A stretch of DNA of 64,000 nucleotides from an uncultured Gammaproteobacteria bacterium (GCA_965231095.1 OZ246416.1:741595-805594), one strand, 5' to 3'. Counted from the first letter of the stretch, positions 46,510 to 57,600 are shown. Numbers and translations are program-made. Notes: a model not told the origin generated them from the sequence alone.

Positions 46510-48690
46510 ATGGTAAAAAAATTCGAGTTGGAGTGGGGAGGAAAGAATTTGATTGTGGAGACCGGAAAATTCGCCGGACAAGCGAACGGCAGCTGCACGG
46601 TTCGCTACGGCGATACGTTGGTTTTGGCTACAGCTACAATGTCGGGAAATCAGAGGGAAGGAATTAATTTTTTTCCTTTGATGGTTGAGTACGAAGAAAA
46701 ACTTTACGCGGCGGGAAAAATAAAAGGTTCTCGTTTTATAAAACGCGAGGGCCGTCCGACCGATGAAGCGATTTTAACAGCGCGGCTGATTGATCGTGCG
46801 ATCAGGCCGTTTTTTGATGACCGGATGAGAAATGATATCCAGGTTGTCGCTTCAACATTGTCTTGGGATCAAGAAAATGATCCGGACATTCCAGCGTTGG
46901 TTGGCGCTTCAATCGCTCTTTCCATTTCCAATATTCCCTGGAAGGGACCAATCGCCGCGGTGCGCGTCGGGCAAGTAAACGGTGAATGGGTTTTGAATCC
47001 GTCTTATGAAGCGCGAAGCAAAAGCGCGATGGATATCGTTGTCGCCGGCACGGAAGAAAAAGTTTGTATGCTTGAAGCCGGAGCCAATGAAGTTTTGGAG
47101 GCAGATGTTTTGGAAGGAATAAAATTTGGGCAAAAACATTTGAAAAAAGTTATAGAGTTGATTGAGAAAATCCGTGAAGAAATTGGAAAAACAAAAATTT
47201 CCATCGTGGAGGAAGATTTGGAGGCGGCGGCGGAAAAAGAAGGATTAAAAAATAAAGTTAAAGAATTTTTACGCGAGAAACTTGCGACTTGCCTTTTTGA
47301 CAGTAAAAAAGAAAACAAGGCGTCGCGCCAGGAAGTTTTGGATAAATTGGAACACGACCTTGAAGAATATTTAAAAGAAGAGGGGATTGGCAAAGATCGC
47401 CGCAAAGACGCGATGGGATTTTTCTATGGAGTTGTTGAAGAAGAAATCAGCCGGGTAATTTTAGAAAAAGAATTGAGGGTTGATTGCCGATCATTGCTTG
47501 ATATCCGGCCGCTTGGCGCGGAAGTGTCTCTTTTGCCGCGCACTCATGGTTCAGGATATTTTACGCGCGGTGATACGCACGTTTTGTCCGCCGTAACGCT
47601 CGGTTCGCCGGGTGATGAGCAAACTTTGGACGGAATGGAAACAAACGGCAAAAAAAGATTTATGCATCATTATAATTTTCCGCCCTTCTCGGTTGGTGAA
47701 GCTTCGCCAATGCGCGGACCGGGCCGGCGGGAAATTGGTCATGGCGCTCTGGCGGAACGCGCTCTTATTCCGGTTTTGCCGAAGACGGAAGATTTTCCAT
47801 ACACTATTCGCGTGGTCTCTGAAGTTTTAAGTTCCAACGGATCATCTTCCATGGCTTCAACTTGCGCTTCAACTTTGGCCTTGATGGACGCGGGCGTGCC
47901 GCTCAAATCTCCGGTGGCCGGAATTGCCATGGGACTTGCGTCGGATGAAAAAGGAAATTTTAAAATTTTAACCGACCTTCAGGATTTGGAAGATAGCAAA
48001 GGCGGCATGGATTTTAAAATCGCCGGAACAAGAACCGGGGTGACCGCCATTCAGATGGATACAAAAACTTTGGGTTTAACGCAAGAGATGGTGGAAAAAA
48101 CTTTGACGCAAGGCCGCGAAGCAAGAATGAAAATTTTGGACGTGATGGAGAGCGCGATTGCCGCGCCGCGACCGGAGCTTTCGCAATATGCTCCGAGAAT
48201 CATTACCTTTAAAATTAATCCGGATAGAATTCGCGACGTGATTGGTCCCGGCGGAAAAATCATTAATGAAATTATTGACGCGACCGGCGTATCAATCGAT
48301 ATTGAAAATGACGGAACAGTGGTAATTTGTTCATCTCAACCGCCGGCGTTGGATAAAGCCGTGGCTTGGGTTAAGAGTTTGACGCAAGAGGCGGAAGTCG
48401 GAGAAATTTATCAAGGACCGGTGACACGCATTTTGGACTTTGGTGCGTTCGTGGAAATTTTTCCGCACAAAGACGGGTTGGTTCATATTTCCGAACTCGC
48501 GCCTTATCGCGTGGATAAAGTCACGGACATTGTAAAAATCGGCGACGTGGTCCGCGTGAAAGTGATAAAGATTGATGAACAGGGCCGAGTTGATCTTTCA
48601 ATCAAACGATTACAAGAAAATGGAGAGCGTAACGGTGGACACGATGGAGGCAGCGGACGCCCGCCGCGCCAGGATCGCCCGAGAAGGTAG
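46510..48690 (+). CDS. pnp: polynucleotide phosphorylase
   Basis: Two RNase PH domains, KH and S1 domains; C-terminal Gly/Arg-rich tail. Confidence 0.93.
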   Translation: MVKKFELEWGGKNLIVETGKFAGQANGSCTVRYGDTLVLATATMSGNQREGINFFPLMVEYEEKLYAAGKIKGSRFIKREGRPTDEAILTARLIDRAIRPFFDDRMRNDIQVVASTLSWDQENDPDIPALVGASIALSISNIPWKGPIAAVRVGQVNGEWVLNPSYEARSKSAMDIVVAGTEEKVCMLEAGANEVLEADVLEGIKFGQKHLKKVIELIEKIREEIGKTKISIVEEDLEAAAEKEGLKNKVKEFLREKLATCLFDSKKENKASRQEVLDKLEHDLEEYLKEEGIGKDRRKDAMGFFYGVVEEEISRVILEKELRVDCRSLLDIRPLGAEVSLLPRTHGSGYFTRGDTHVLSAVTLGSPGDEQTLDGMETNGKKRFMHHYNFPPFSVGEASPMRGPGRREIGHGALAERALIPVLPKTEDFPYTIRVVSEVLSSNGSSSMASTCASTLALMDAGVPLKSPVAGIAMGLASDEKGNFKILTDLQDLEDSKGGMDFKIAGTRTGVTAIQMDTKTLGLTQEMVEKTLTQGREARMKILDVMESAIAAPRPELSQYAPRIITFKINPDRIRDVIGPGGKIINEIIDATGVSIDIENDGTVVICSSQPPALDKAVAWVKSLTQEAEVGEIYQGPVTRILDFGAFVEIFPHKDGLVHISELAPYRVDKVTDIVKIGDVVRVKVIKIDEQGRVDLSIKRLQENGERNGGHDGGSGRPPRQDRPRR

Positions 48691-48773
48691 GGCAAGCCCT
48701 TTTCCGTTTTGTTTGGGTTTGCAAAATAGTATTTGTGTTTACCACCTCACTAGTTAAAAATAAACATGAAATA

Positions 48774-49868
48774 ATGTTTTTTGAATTCTTTAAAAAGTTG
48801 GAAACAAAAACCTTGCTCATTGCGGCAGGGTTTTTGGTTCTCACAGGAGTTTTGGGATTTTCTTTTTGGTTTTATTTTAATTTTTTAAAGAGCGACAATT
48901 TTTTGGAGGCGGTACCGGCGGAAGCGGCGATATATTGGCAGAGTGATTTTAGCGGAGGAGCGGATGAGGCTTGGCTTTGGGCGATGGGGAGGACGGCGCT
49001 CTCACGCGACGCGGCCCAGCAAATTAAATTTTTGGAAGAAGTTGTCGCGCCGGAAGCGGGAAGATTGGGCTTTGCTATTTTGCCGGATTTTTCAGATTTT
49101 ATTTTTATTGGCCAGATGACTGACGAGAGTTTTTATTCCCTTAAAAACAGATTGGAAGAATTAAATTATCATTATATTTTTGGGGACAAGAAAAGAGTGA
49201 TAATTTCCAATTCAAGATTTGGGTTAGAAAAGGCGGCGGCGGTCTTGGGCCATGAAAAAAAATCTTTGGCCGATGATAAAATGAAACTGTTTTCTTTCAA
49301 TAAGGCAAAACGGCATTCCTCCTCGCAAATTTATTTTGGAGAAAATTTCAAAATTGGAGATTTCCGCGCCATGCTTTGGTTTTCCGACTTCTGGTCAAAT
49401 AATAAATTGGTCGTGGCCCCGAAGGGCGAGAGGGAGTCGCCGCAAAATTTGGCGGATTTTAGTTTTTTGGCCGTTTCAGATGATAAATATTTAAAGAATG
49501 GTATGGAGGAGATAATAAAAGATGATTTGTCCGTATTATTTCCGGAGGTTCAAGATAAAACTTTGCCTGACGGAACAAAAGTTAAAGAACTTTTGGCCAA
49601 TCCGGATATTTTTGTGTTTCAGAACGAAGAGATTCTTGGTATGCCAGTGCATTATCTTTCCGCGGGAGCCCTGAATCAAGAATTTTTAGTTGGAAGAGAA
49701 GGCCAGCGGGTAATATTTAGTGATTCGACGGAAAGTTTGCAAGATTTTTTAGTGAACACTCGCCGCAAGCCGGATTATTATGGTAAAAGTTTGGGAGAGT
49801 TGATTATGGATTGTCTGAAATCGGTTACACCTGATTTTAGTGGGATAATTTTTGAGATAAATTTGTAA
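48774..49868 (+). CDS. membrane-anchored hypothetical protein
   Basis: N-terminal TM (LLIAAGFLVLTGVLGFSFWFYF) then a soluble domain. Start chosen at MFFEFF. Confidence 0.5.
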   Translation: MFFEFFKKLETKTLLIAAGFLVLTGVLGFSFWFYFNFLKSDNFLEAVPAEAAIYWQSDFSGGADEAWLWAMGRTALSRDAAQQIKFLEEVVAPEAGRLGFAILPDFSDFIFIGQMTDESFYSLKNRLEELNYHYIFGDKKRVIISNSRFGLEKAAAVLGHEKKSLADDKMKLFSFNKAKRHSSSQIYFGENFKIGDFRAMLWFSDFWSNNKLVVAPKGERESPQNLADFSFLAVSDDKYLKNGMEEIIKDDLSVLFPEVQDKTLPDGTKVKELLANPDIFVFQNEEILGMPVHYLSAGALNQEFLVGREGQRVIFSDSTESLQDFLVNTRRKPDYYGKSLGELIMDCLKSVTPDFSGIIFEINL

Positions 49869-50069
49869 AAAATTCCAGCAACGTACGAAAGGGAGGTGGA
49901 AGAGTAGACCGATTAGAGTAATGTTTAAAGATTTTTCGCTTGTAAGAAGATATTTGAGCGTAAATTTCGTGTATTGTGGATAACTTGTGAACAGACATTG
50001 TATTGATTTGGGGATAACTCGGGACATATTTATTATTTAAAATTATTTTTCTTTTAAATAAGCCAAAGT

Positions 50070-50104
50070 TTAGGGATTGACAAGAATGATGATTTCATGA
50101 TATA
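50070..50104 (+). promoter_or_regulatory. sigma70-like promoter, TTGACA-18-TATAAT
   Basis: gggaTTGACAagaatgatgatttcatgaTATAATaatc. Confidence 0.45.
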
Positions 50105-50110
50105 ATAATC

Positions 50111-50432
50111 ATAGAACATTGAAACCAGAGACGTTTCGCCGAACAGTCGGCGCAATTTCTCTCTTCTCTACTCTTCGTCAAAGGTCTTCGGCTGGCAAGA
50201 CCTGACCTTAAAACAAAAACAAAAATTATCTTTTCGGTGAGTTCCCCTCTGGAGTTCACCATAAGAATGGTAGAGGAGCACTTCGCTTTGAAGTCAGCAA
50301 AAAGCGTTCCTTCCCCAAGACCGGTATCTCTTTAATCCTCTTCGGAGGACAAAAGGGTGTGTCGAGGGGCACAAGGGCGCAACGGCCATTTATTAATTAT
50401 ATTATATAAGGGCGCAGTTGCGCCCTTTTAAA
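50111..50432 (+). ncRNA. candidate roughly 320-nt noncoding RNA (promoter to intrinsic terminator, no ORF)
   Basis: Multiple local hairpins (cgccga-acag-tcggcg; ggtcttcggctggcaagacc; cctc-ttcg-gagg). Terminator gggcgcagttgcgccc plus TTTT at 50408-50432. The downstream dksA-like gene has its own promoter. Confidence 0.35.
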
Positions 50433-50487
50433 GTTGTTGAAGGTTGGGCACTCGGAAAATACGCGGTGGAAGGCATCTCTTTGCCCC

Positions 50488-50522
50488 TTGAAATAAATCG
50501 TCCTTTTATGTATACTTTATTA
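50488..50522 (+). promoter_or_regulatory. promoter TTGAAA-17-TATACT
   Basis: cTTGAAAtaaatcgtccttttatgTATACTtta. Confidence 0.4.
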
Positions 50523-50554
50523 AGGGGAGTATTTTATTAATTAAGGTTAAATCT

Positions 50555-50938
50555 ATGGCAGAAAATAATGCTTTTGATAAAGAATTTATAGAAAAAATAA
50601 AAAACCAGCTTTTGGCGGAAAAAAGCCGCTTGGAAAAAGAGCTGGCGGAATTTACGCAGAAAAATCCGCACAATGCCGCTGATTATGATGCGAACTTTCC
50701 GACCATTGGCGACGCGGAAGATGAAAACGCGGCCGAAGTCGCCACTTATGGCGATAATTTAACTTTAGAGAGAACGCTTGAATCAGCCCTGCGCGATGTG
50801 AATGCCGCCCTAAAACGAATTGAGGAAGGGAATTATGGAATTTGTAAATATTGCGGCAAACCGATAGATCCGAAACGCTTGGAAGCGCGCCCGGCATCAT
50901 CAGCTTGTATGGAATGCAAATCCAAGTTTAGCAAATAA
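50555..50938 (+). CDS. DksA/TraR-family C4 zinc-finger protein
   Basis: Coiled-coil N-terminus and C-terminal CKYCGKPIDPKRLEARPASSACMEC. Confidence 0.8.
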   Translation: MAENNAFDKEFIEKIKNQLLAEKSRLEKELAEFTQKNPHNAADYDANFPTIGDAEDENAAEVATYGDNLTLERTLESALRDVNAALKRIEEGNYGICKYCGKPIDPKRLEARPASSACMECKSKFSK

Positions 50939-50948
50939 GATTTCCCAA

Positions 50949-51425
50949 ATGTCATTTTTTAGAAAAATAATGCTTATCAATTTTTTGGTAAGCATTTTGT
51001 TTTTGGCTGACCGCCTGACAAAGTGGTTGGCGGAGAAAATTCCCGCGGGAGGAGTTTTTTTATTTTCGGAAAAATTCGTCGGGTTAAAATTTTATAAAAA
51101 TTTTAATTTGATTTTTAATATTGCGCTGCCGGGATGGGTGATGTACGGATTGATTTTTATAATTTTGGCGAGTCTTCTTTGGTTGCTTGTGAAAAATTAC
51201 CGAAAGAAAAATGCTTTTCTAATTTTTTCTTTGAGCTTGATTGTGATTGGAGCGATAAGTAATTTGATTGACCGGTTATATTTTGGATTTGTGGTGGATT
51301 TTTTAAGTTTTTTTGATTATTCAATTTTTAATTTATCCGACGTTTACATTGTTGGGGGGGTGGGATTGATTTTGATCTGGGAACTGGCAGACAAAAAATT
51401 GAAAATTGTAAATTGTAAATTGTAA
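50949..51425 (+). CDS. lspA: lipoprotein signal peptidase II
   Basis: Four TM helices; NLIDRLYFGFVVDFLSF and LSDVYIVGGVGLIL motifs. Confidence 0.85.
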   Translation: MSFFRKIMLINFLVSILFLADRLTKWLAEKIPAGGVFLFSEKFVGLKFYKNFNLIFNIALPGWVMYGLIFIILASLLWLLVKNYRKKNAFLIFSLSLIVIGAISNLIDRLYFGFVVDFLSFFDYSIFNLSDVYIVGGVGLILIWELADKKLKIVNCKL

Positions 51426-51436
51426 ATTTTTGGAAT

Positions 51437-53038
51437 ATGTCTTCAAAAATTTTATCCGCGGCAATCGTGGGTTTGGACGCCGAGCTTGTGGAAGTGGAAG
51501 CCGACATCTCGCCCGGGCTTAGCCATTTTACCATTGTTGGTTTGCCGGATATGGCCGTGCAGGAATCGCGCGAGCGGGTGCGGGCGGCGATAAAAAACAG
51601 TGATCTCCCATTTCCCCGAACTCGCGTCACGGTGAATCTTGCTCCGGCTGATTTAAAAAAGGAAGGCCCGTCTTATGATTTGCCGATTGCCATCGCCATT
51701 CTTTTGGCTTCAAAATTTCTGTCGTTGCCGGAAAAAACAAAGGAGAGTGAAATAAAAAATTTGGAAATTTTGCCGGAAAAGAAAACTACGGCCAATCTTT
51801 TTTGTCCGGACGCGCTTTTCGTTGGCGAGTTGGCGCTTGATGGAATTTTGCGGCCGGTAAACGGAATCTTGGCCATTGCCGCGGCCGCCCGGGGGCGCGG
51901 AATAAAAATTTTATATGTTCCCGAAGCGAACGCCCGCGAAGCGAGCTTGATTGAGAATTTGGAAATTATTTCCGTAAAAAACATTTTTCAGCTAGTGGCG
52001 CATTTGGCGGGAAAAAATTTGATCGTGCCGTTTTCTCGCGAAGAACCTTTTGACTTTAGGGATCCCGCGAGTTTGGATGAGGAAAATTTTGATATGGCCT
52101 ATGTCCGCGGACAGGAATATGCCAAGCGCGCCCTGGAAATTGTCGCCGCCGGCGGGCATAATCTCCTGATGTCCGGCCCGCCCGGTTCGGGAAAAACATT
52201 ATTATCAAAAACACTGCCGTCAATTTTACCGGCGCTCACGATTGACGAAGCGCTTGAAGTGACGCGGATTTATTCCGTCGCCGGGCTCCTGCCGCCGGAT
52301 CTTCCGCTTATGATTCGTCGGCCGTTTCGGAGCCCGCACCATACCGCCTCAAATGTTTCGCTTGTGGGCGGAGGGACTTGGCCGCGGCCGGGAGAAGTGA
52401 GCTTGGCCCATCGCGGCATATTGTTTTTGGACGAACTTCCGGAATTTAATCGCGCCGTGCTTGAAAGTTTGCGCCAGCCGCTTGAAGACGGGATGGTGAC
52501 GATTTCCCGCGCGGCCGGCAGCCTGCAGTTTCCGGCAAAATTTATCTTGGTCGCGGCCAGAAACCCATGTCCCTGCGGCTACAACACCGATCCGGAAAAA
52601 TTTTGTACTTGTTCGCCGTCAACAATTTTACGTTATCAGAAAAAAATATCCGGGCCGCTTTTGGACAGAATTGATTTACACATTGAAGTGCCGCGAGTAA
52701 AGTTTGAAAAATTAGCTGAAGAAAAAGTGGCGGAAAGTTCCGCGGAAATTAAAAAACGCGCCGAGCGGGCGCGGAGTTTGCAGAGGGAAAGATATAAGGG
52801 CTGTAGGATTTTGACCAATGCCGAGCTGTCATCAAAATTGATTAAAGATTTCTGCCAGATTGACGGTCCGAGTCAGGAGTTTTTAAAAAATGCCGTGACG
52901 CAGCTGCGGTTATCGGCTCGAGCTTATTATCGTCTCCTAAAAATTTCTCGGACCATTGCCGATCTCTCCGGCGAAGAAAAAATTTTATTGCCGCACGTGG
53001 CCGAAGCTCTGCAATACCGGACAAAAGCGGCGGAATGA
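51437..53038 (+). CDS. Mg-chelatase-like AAA+ ATPase YifB/ComM
   Basis: Lon-like N-terminus, MSGPPGSGKTLLSK Walker A, ChlI-type Zn motif CPCGY...C.C, and C-terminal helical domain. Confidence 0.9.
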   Translation: MSSKILSAAIVGLDAELVEVEADISPGLSHFTIVGLPDMAVQESRERVRAAIKNSDLPFPRTRVTVNLAPADLKKEGPSYDLPIAIAILLASKFLSLPEKTKESEIKNLEILPEKKTTANLFCPDALFVGELALDGILRPVNGILAIAAAARGRGIKILYVPEANAREASLIENLEIISVKNIFQLVAHLAGKNLIVPFSREEPFDFRDPASLDEENFDMAYVRGQEYAKRALEIVAAGGHNLLMSGPPGSGKTLLSKTLPSILPALTIDEALEVTRIYSVAGLLPPDLPLMIRRPFRSPHHTASNVSLVGGGTWPRPGEVSLAHRGILFLDELPEFNRAVLESLRQPLEDGMVTISRAAGSLQFPAKFILVAARNPCPCGYNTDPEKFCTCSPSTILRYQKKISGPLLDRIDLHIEVPRVKFEKLAEEKVAESSAEIKKRAERARSLQRERYKGCRILTNAELSSKLIKDFCQIDGPSQEFLKNAVTQLRLSARAYYRLLKISRTIADLSGEEKILLPHVAEALQYRTKAAE

Positions 53039-53061
53039 GAAAGTAAAAATAAATAAATAAA

Positions 53062-53090
53062 AACGCCGGTGGACCGCCGGTGTTTTTATA
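53062..53090. terminator. bidirectional intrinsic terminator
   Basis: aaaaacgccggtggaccgccggtgttttta. Confidence 0.5.
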
Positions 53091-53097
53091 ATATTAT

Positions 53098-54471
53098 TTA
53101 TTTGATGTAATTCAGCGGGTTGTAAATTTTTCCGTTGATTCTAACTTCAAAATGTAAGTGTGGTCCGGTGGAGCGGCCGGTTGAACCCTCCGCGCCAATT
53201 TCTTGCCCCCGTTTTACTGTTTCTCCCACTTCAACAAATATTTTTGAAAAATGTCCGTAAAGAGTTACAACTCCTCCGCCATGATTAATCATCACATTAT
53301 ACCCATATCCGGTTTTGAGATATTGGACGCGAGAAACTACGCCGTCGTCAGCGGAGCGAATTGAGGTGCCGGACGGGCAAGCGATATCAACGCCAGTATG
53401 CCGCCAGCCGAAATATTGGGAAATGCGGCTGCAGCCGTTTGGCCAGAGCATTTTTCCGCTGGTTGGGACAATGGATGAAGAAGGAATATTAACAGAATTT
53501 CTCGCGGCGATGGTTCGCGGAGTCGGCGGGGGCGGCGGAACTTTGCCCTCGGGAACAACTAAATATTCGCCGATTTTAATGTCGCTTGAGTCAGGTAGAG
53601 CATTAAAGGATAATATTTTTTCCGATTCAGAACTGTAATATTTGGCAATCTTATCAACCGTATCGCCGCTTTTAACTTTATGCAAAACGCCGCTTGTGGG
53701 CAAAATCACTAATTTATCTCCCGGACGAATTGTACTGCGACTTGTTAAATTGTTGGCCCAGAGAACCGTGTTCACACTAATACTAAACTTTTCCGCGATC
53801 GTACCAATAGAATCTCCTCCTTCAACTAGATATTCAATAACTTTAGTTCTGGTAGATTCATTTATGGAAGAAGGCAGGTTTGGATTTAAAAGTGCGCCTT
53901 CGTCGCCGACCGAGGCAATAGGCAGCTCACCGATAAGATCGTCGGTGCCAAGATTTGAGGCGAGAGGGGCAGCTTCCAATTCTGATTCAAGATAATTTGT
54001 TGCTTTCGTCGTTTCGCCCAAATCGGCCATTTCTTGGACATAGCCAAGAGATTCGTAATCTCCGCTGTAGGTTAGGGAATAAAGAATACTCTTTTGCCCA
54101 ACTTGTTCCGAGTTTTCGAGGGAGGCCGCCTTGGCGCTTAAACTTGAGGCAACGGAAAGGAGGGTTATTAGGGCGATAATGGAATGAGTGACATAACGGC
54201 GGGTCAGAGGATAAATAATTTTATCTTTGATCGGGCCGTAAATTTTATCCCACCAACTTATTTTTACAAAAAGAGCAATTTTATAAATTTTTACCGCAAA
54301 TGAAAAAAGGACAGTTTTAGCCAGCCACCGTAGTGGTTTCGCGACTGTCCAGGTCAGGAGGAAAACGGTGAGGTTTTTAAGATGTACTAGTCCGTTCAAG
54401 AGGCCAACCAGAATCTTGATGCCGGCTTTTTTCAGCAAGAATAAAGCGTTTTGAGCCATATTATAATTCAA
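53098..54471 (-). CDS. M23 family metallopeptidase with LysM domains
   Basis: C-terminal HxxxD...HLHFE M23 signature. Two LysM-like repeats (DTVDKIAKYY..., DSIGTIAEKF...). N-terminal TM. Confidence 0.85.
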   Translation of the reverse strand: MNYNMAQNALFLLKKAGIKILVGLLNGLVHLKNLTVFLLTWTVAKPLRWLAKTVLFSFAVKIYKIALFVKISWWDKIYGPIKDKIIYPLTRRYVTHSIIALITLLSVASSLSAKAASLENSEQVGQKSILYSLTYSGDYESLGYVQEMADLGETTKATNYLESELEAAPLASNLGTDDLIGELPIASVGDEGALLNPNLPSSINESTRTKVIEYLVEGGDSIGTIAEKFSISVNTVLWANNLTSRSTIRPGDKLVILPTSGVLHKVKSGDTVDKIAKYYSSESEKILSFNALPDSSDIKIGEYLVVPEGKVPPPPPTPRTIAARNSVNIPSSSIVPTSGKMLWPNGCSRISQYFGWRHTGVDIACPSGTSIRSADDGVVSRVQYLKTGYGYNVMINHGGGVVTLYGHFSKIFVEVGETVKRGQEIGAEGSTGRSTGPHLHFEVRINGKIYNPLNYIK

Positions 54472-54669
54472 TTGTTAGTATATCAGAAAGGGGGCGAGGT
54501 GTCAATGATAATGGCAGCTCAAGTTTCTGGATCACCGGATCAAGGCCACTCGTGGCTTTAAGATTGAGGATGACAAAATGAGGGAAAACACCCTTTACAA
54601 TTTTTAGGTTTTAATGTAAATTTAATAAATAACTTTTAACAATTAACAGCTAACAATTAACAAATTTGT

Positions 54670-56691
54670 ATGATTTACTCTCTGCTTTTCGCTCTGGGTG
54701 CGGCGGTTGTCGCCATCGTTTTTGGGTTTATTCTCATGCGGTGGATTTTACGCCTTCCGGCCGGAGATGAAAAAATGCAATCAATTGCCAGGGCCATCCA
54801 AGAAGGGGCCAAGGCCTATTTGAATCGGCAGTATAAAACCGTGGCAATTGTCGCGGCCGTTTTATTTATTCTGCTTTTGTTCCTTGGAATTTACGCGTCG
54901 CTCGGATTTTTAGTTGGTGCGGCGGCTTCGGCTCTGGCTGGATATCTCGGAATGTATATTTCCGTGCGGGCCAATGTCCGGACAACCGAGGCGGCAAAGA
55001 GCGGATTAAAAAATGCTTTGAATGTCGCTTTTCGCGGCGGGACAGTAACGGGCTTGTTTGTTGTCGGTCTGGCCCTGCTTGCCGTGACTGGATTTTTTAT
55101 GCTTTTGGTTTACGGATTTAAACAAGATGCGGCGGATGCGGTTAAAGCCCTCGTTGGATTAGGATTTGGCGGTTCGTTAATTTCAGTGTTCGCTCGTTTG
55201 GGCGGTGGCATTTACACCAAAGGCGCGGATGTCGGGGCGGATCTCGTGGGAAAAGTTGAAGCTGGTATTCCGGAAGATGATCCGAGAAATCCGGCGGTGA
55301 TTGCCGATAATGTTGGTGATAATGTTGGCGATTGCGCGGGCATGGCCGCGGATCTTTTTGAAACATATGCCGTCTCGGCGATTGCCGCGATGTTGCTCGG
55401 CGTGTTGCTCTTACCAAATTTTTCTAACGCCCTGATTTATCCTTTGGTTTTGGGCGGGGTGGCAATTGTTTGTTCAATCATTGGAACATTTTTTGTCCGG
55501 CTTGGAAAAAAGCAGGGGATCATGGCGGCGCTTTACAAAGGATTGGTGGCGAGTGCCGTGCTCGCAGCCGCGGCGTTTTATCCGATTACCGCGTGGATCA
55601 TGAAAGGCAACGGATCATTTGAAGTTTGGAAATTATATGTCGTGTCGCTCGTCGGTATTATCATAACTTTTGGCATGATGGCCATTACCGAATATTATAC
55701 TTCAAAAAAATATCGGCCGGTGCGGGAAATTGCCAAGGCGTCAACAACAGGACACGGGACAAATATTATCACTGGTCTCGCGATGTCTATGGAATCAACT
55801 GCCATGCCAGTCCTTTTGATTGTCGCGGGAATTTTGGTTTCATTTTGGCTCGCGGGAATTTACGGGGTGGCGATCGCGGTGATGACCATGTTATCAATGA
55901 CAGGAATTATTGTGGCGATTGACGCGTTTGGTCCAATCACGGACAACGCTGGCGGCATTGCCGAAATGGCCGGGCTTCCCAAAGAAGTTCGCGACGTCAC
56001 CGATCCCTTGGACGCGGTGGGCAACACGACCAAGGCCGTGACCAAAGCTTATGCCATTGCTTCCGCGGGTCTCGCGGCGCTTGTACTTTTTGCATCTTAC
56101 GTCCATGAAATTACGGCGCTCGGATTTAGTGATAAAGTTTTTGATTTGTCTGATCCAAAAATTATTGCCGGATTATTTATCGGCGGTTTGCTTCCATATT
56201 TATTTGGTTCCATGGCCATGCGGGCGGTCGGCAAGGCCGGGGGAAAAGTGGTTGATGAAGTGCGACGCCAGTGGAAAGAAATTCCTGGTCTGATGGAAGG
56301 TACAGCCAAAGCCGATTACGCGGCTTGCGTGGATATTGTTACAAAGTCAGCGATTCGCCAAATGATTGTGCCGGCTCTTTTGCCGGTTGTCGCCCCGATT
56401 TTGGTTGGTTTGCTTTTGGGACCGAAAGCCCTTGGAGGATTATTGGTGGGTTCGATCGTGACAGGAATTTTTGTCGGAATTTCTATGACTTCGGGCGGCG
56501 CGGCTTGGGATAATTCCAAAAAATTTATTGAAGAAGGAAATTTTGGCGGCAAAGGATCTTTTGCCCATCAGGCGGCAGTGACCGGCGACACGGTTGGCGA
56601 TCCATACAAAGACACAGCCGGGCCGGCGATTAACCCGATGATAAAAGTGTTAAATATTGTTGCGCTTTTGATTATTGGATTTTTGATCTAA
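54670..56691 (+). CDS. hppA: membrane-bound H+/Na+-translocating pyrophosphatase
   Basis: [40 protein letters not shown] and [15 protein letters not shown] motifs. Confidence 0.93.
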   Translation: MIYSLLFALGAAVVAIVFGFILMRWILRLPAGDEKMQSIARAIQEGAKAYLNRQYKTVAIVAAVLFILLLFLGIYASLGFLVGAAASALAGYLGMYISVRANVRTTEAAKSGLKNALNVAFRGGTVTGLFVVGLALLAVTGFFMLLVYGFKQDAADAVKALVGLGFGGSLISVFARLGGGIYTKGADVGADLVGKVEAGIPEDDPRNPAVIADNVGDNVGDCAGMAADLFETYAVSAIAAMLLGVLLLPNFSNALIYPLVLGGVAIVCSIIGTFFVRLGKKQGIMAALYKGLVASAVLAAAAFYPITAWIMKGNGSFEVWKLYVVSLVGIIITFGMMAITEYYTSKKYRPVREIAKASTTGHGTNIITGLAMSMESTAMPVLLIVAGILVSFWLAGIYGVAIAVMTMLSMTGIIVAIDAFGPITDNAGGIAEMAGLPKEVRDVTDPLDAVGNTTKAVTKAYAIASAGLAALVLFASYVHEITALGFSDKVFDLSDPKIIAGLFIGGLLPYLFGSMAMRAVGKAGGKVVDEVRRQWKEIPGLMEGTAKADYAACVDIVTKSAIRQMIVPALLPVVAPILVGLLLGPKALGGLLVGSIVTGIFVGISMTSGGAAWDNSKKFIEEGNFGGKGSFAHQAAVTGDTVGDPYKDTAGPAINPMIKVLNIVALLIIGFLI

Positions 56692-56705
56692 CGGCAAAAA
56701 AGAAA

Positions 56706-56737
56706 AAATCCCGCTCGTTTAAAACGGGCGGGATTTG
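56706..56737 (+). terminator. intrinsic terminator
   Basis: aaatcccgc-tcgtttaaaac-gggcgggattt. Confidence 0.5.
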
Positions 56738-56740
56738 AAT

Positions 56741-56769
56741 TTGACAAAAAATTGGCCGTCAGTTAGAAT
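56741..56769 (+). promoter_or_regulatory. sigma70-like promoter, TTGACA-17-TAGAAT
   Basis: TTGACAaaaaattggccgtcagtTAGAAT. Confidence 0.45.
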
Positions 56770-56999
56770 GGGTTCATATGGAAGTTGGGAAGTTAAGAAT
56801 TTTGATTAGCATTATTATTTCTGACCCAGGGCGGTCTAGGCGTTTTTAATCTTTGTAAATTAAAAATGAACTGGCCGCCAAACGCGGTCAGTTTTCTTTT
56901 TAAAAGAGGTTTGTCTCTCCAAAATAGTCGCGAAAAATTTCGCCGCTGTTTTGGGGAGGGAAGGGCATGGGTGCAAGAGGCACCGGGAGGAGGAGAAAT

Positions 57000-57561
57000 G
57001 GGAAAAGAAGATGAGGTGAGGGTTTGCCGGGTGCATGATGGCGTGATGATGGTTTTCCGTCCGGACGGGTTTCACTGTTTGAAGTGCCAGGAGCTGGCCG
57101 CCAAGGAGAGCGTGATTGTGGCCGCTTGCCCGCACTGCTACGAGTCGCTACTCGTGCCCAGGCCCTTGATCGAGGGGTTACCGTCGGTCTGCCTCCAGTG
57201 GCAGAACGCCGACGAGTTCAAGGCTACGATTGCGGGCCTTCTCTACGTTTCGTCGAGACGGGACAGCGTAGAGTTGATTTCCGTGCCGCCGATCGAGAGG
57301 GGTGAAGTGCTCCGCCTTTCCTGCCCGCGCTGCATGAAGGCTCTGCCCCTGGCCTCTGATCCGGAATGTCGGATCTGCGGAGCAAGGGTGGTGGTGATCG
57401 ACGATCGGTACCCCCACGGAAGGGACGGGAGGAGTAAGCGCTGGGTCTGCAGCCGTCGCGGTTGCTCCGGGCACCATTTCGGCGAGGAAGGGCCGAGTCT
57501 CGATGCCCAGGTGGTGGCCATGATGGCGCAGAGAAGACTTAGCGCCGACGAAACGATGTAG
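57000..57561 (+). CDS. GC-rich Cys-rich (multiple CxxC) zinc-ribbon protein, 187 aa
   Basis: SD GGGAGGAGGAG then ATG at 57000. CxxC pairs CLKC, CPHC, CPRC, CRIC, CSRRGC. A 230-nt leader contains a hairpin-plus-T-run element (actggccgc-caaa-cgcggtcagt tttt). Confidence 0.5.
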
Positions 57562-57600
57562 GAGGGATGACCTAAAGCACAAAAAAGTGAAATAGGTCCA

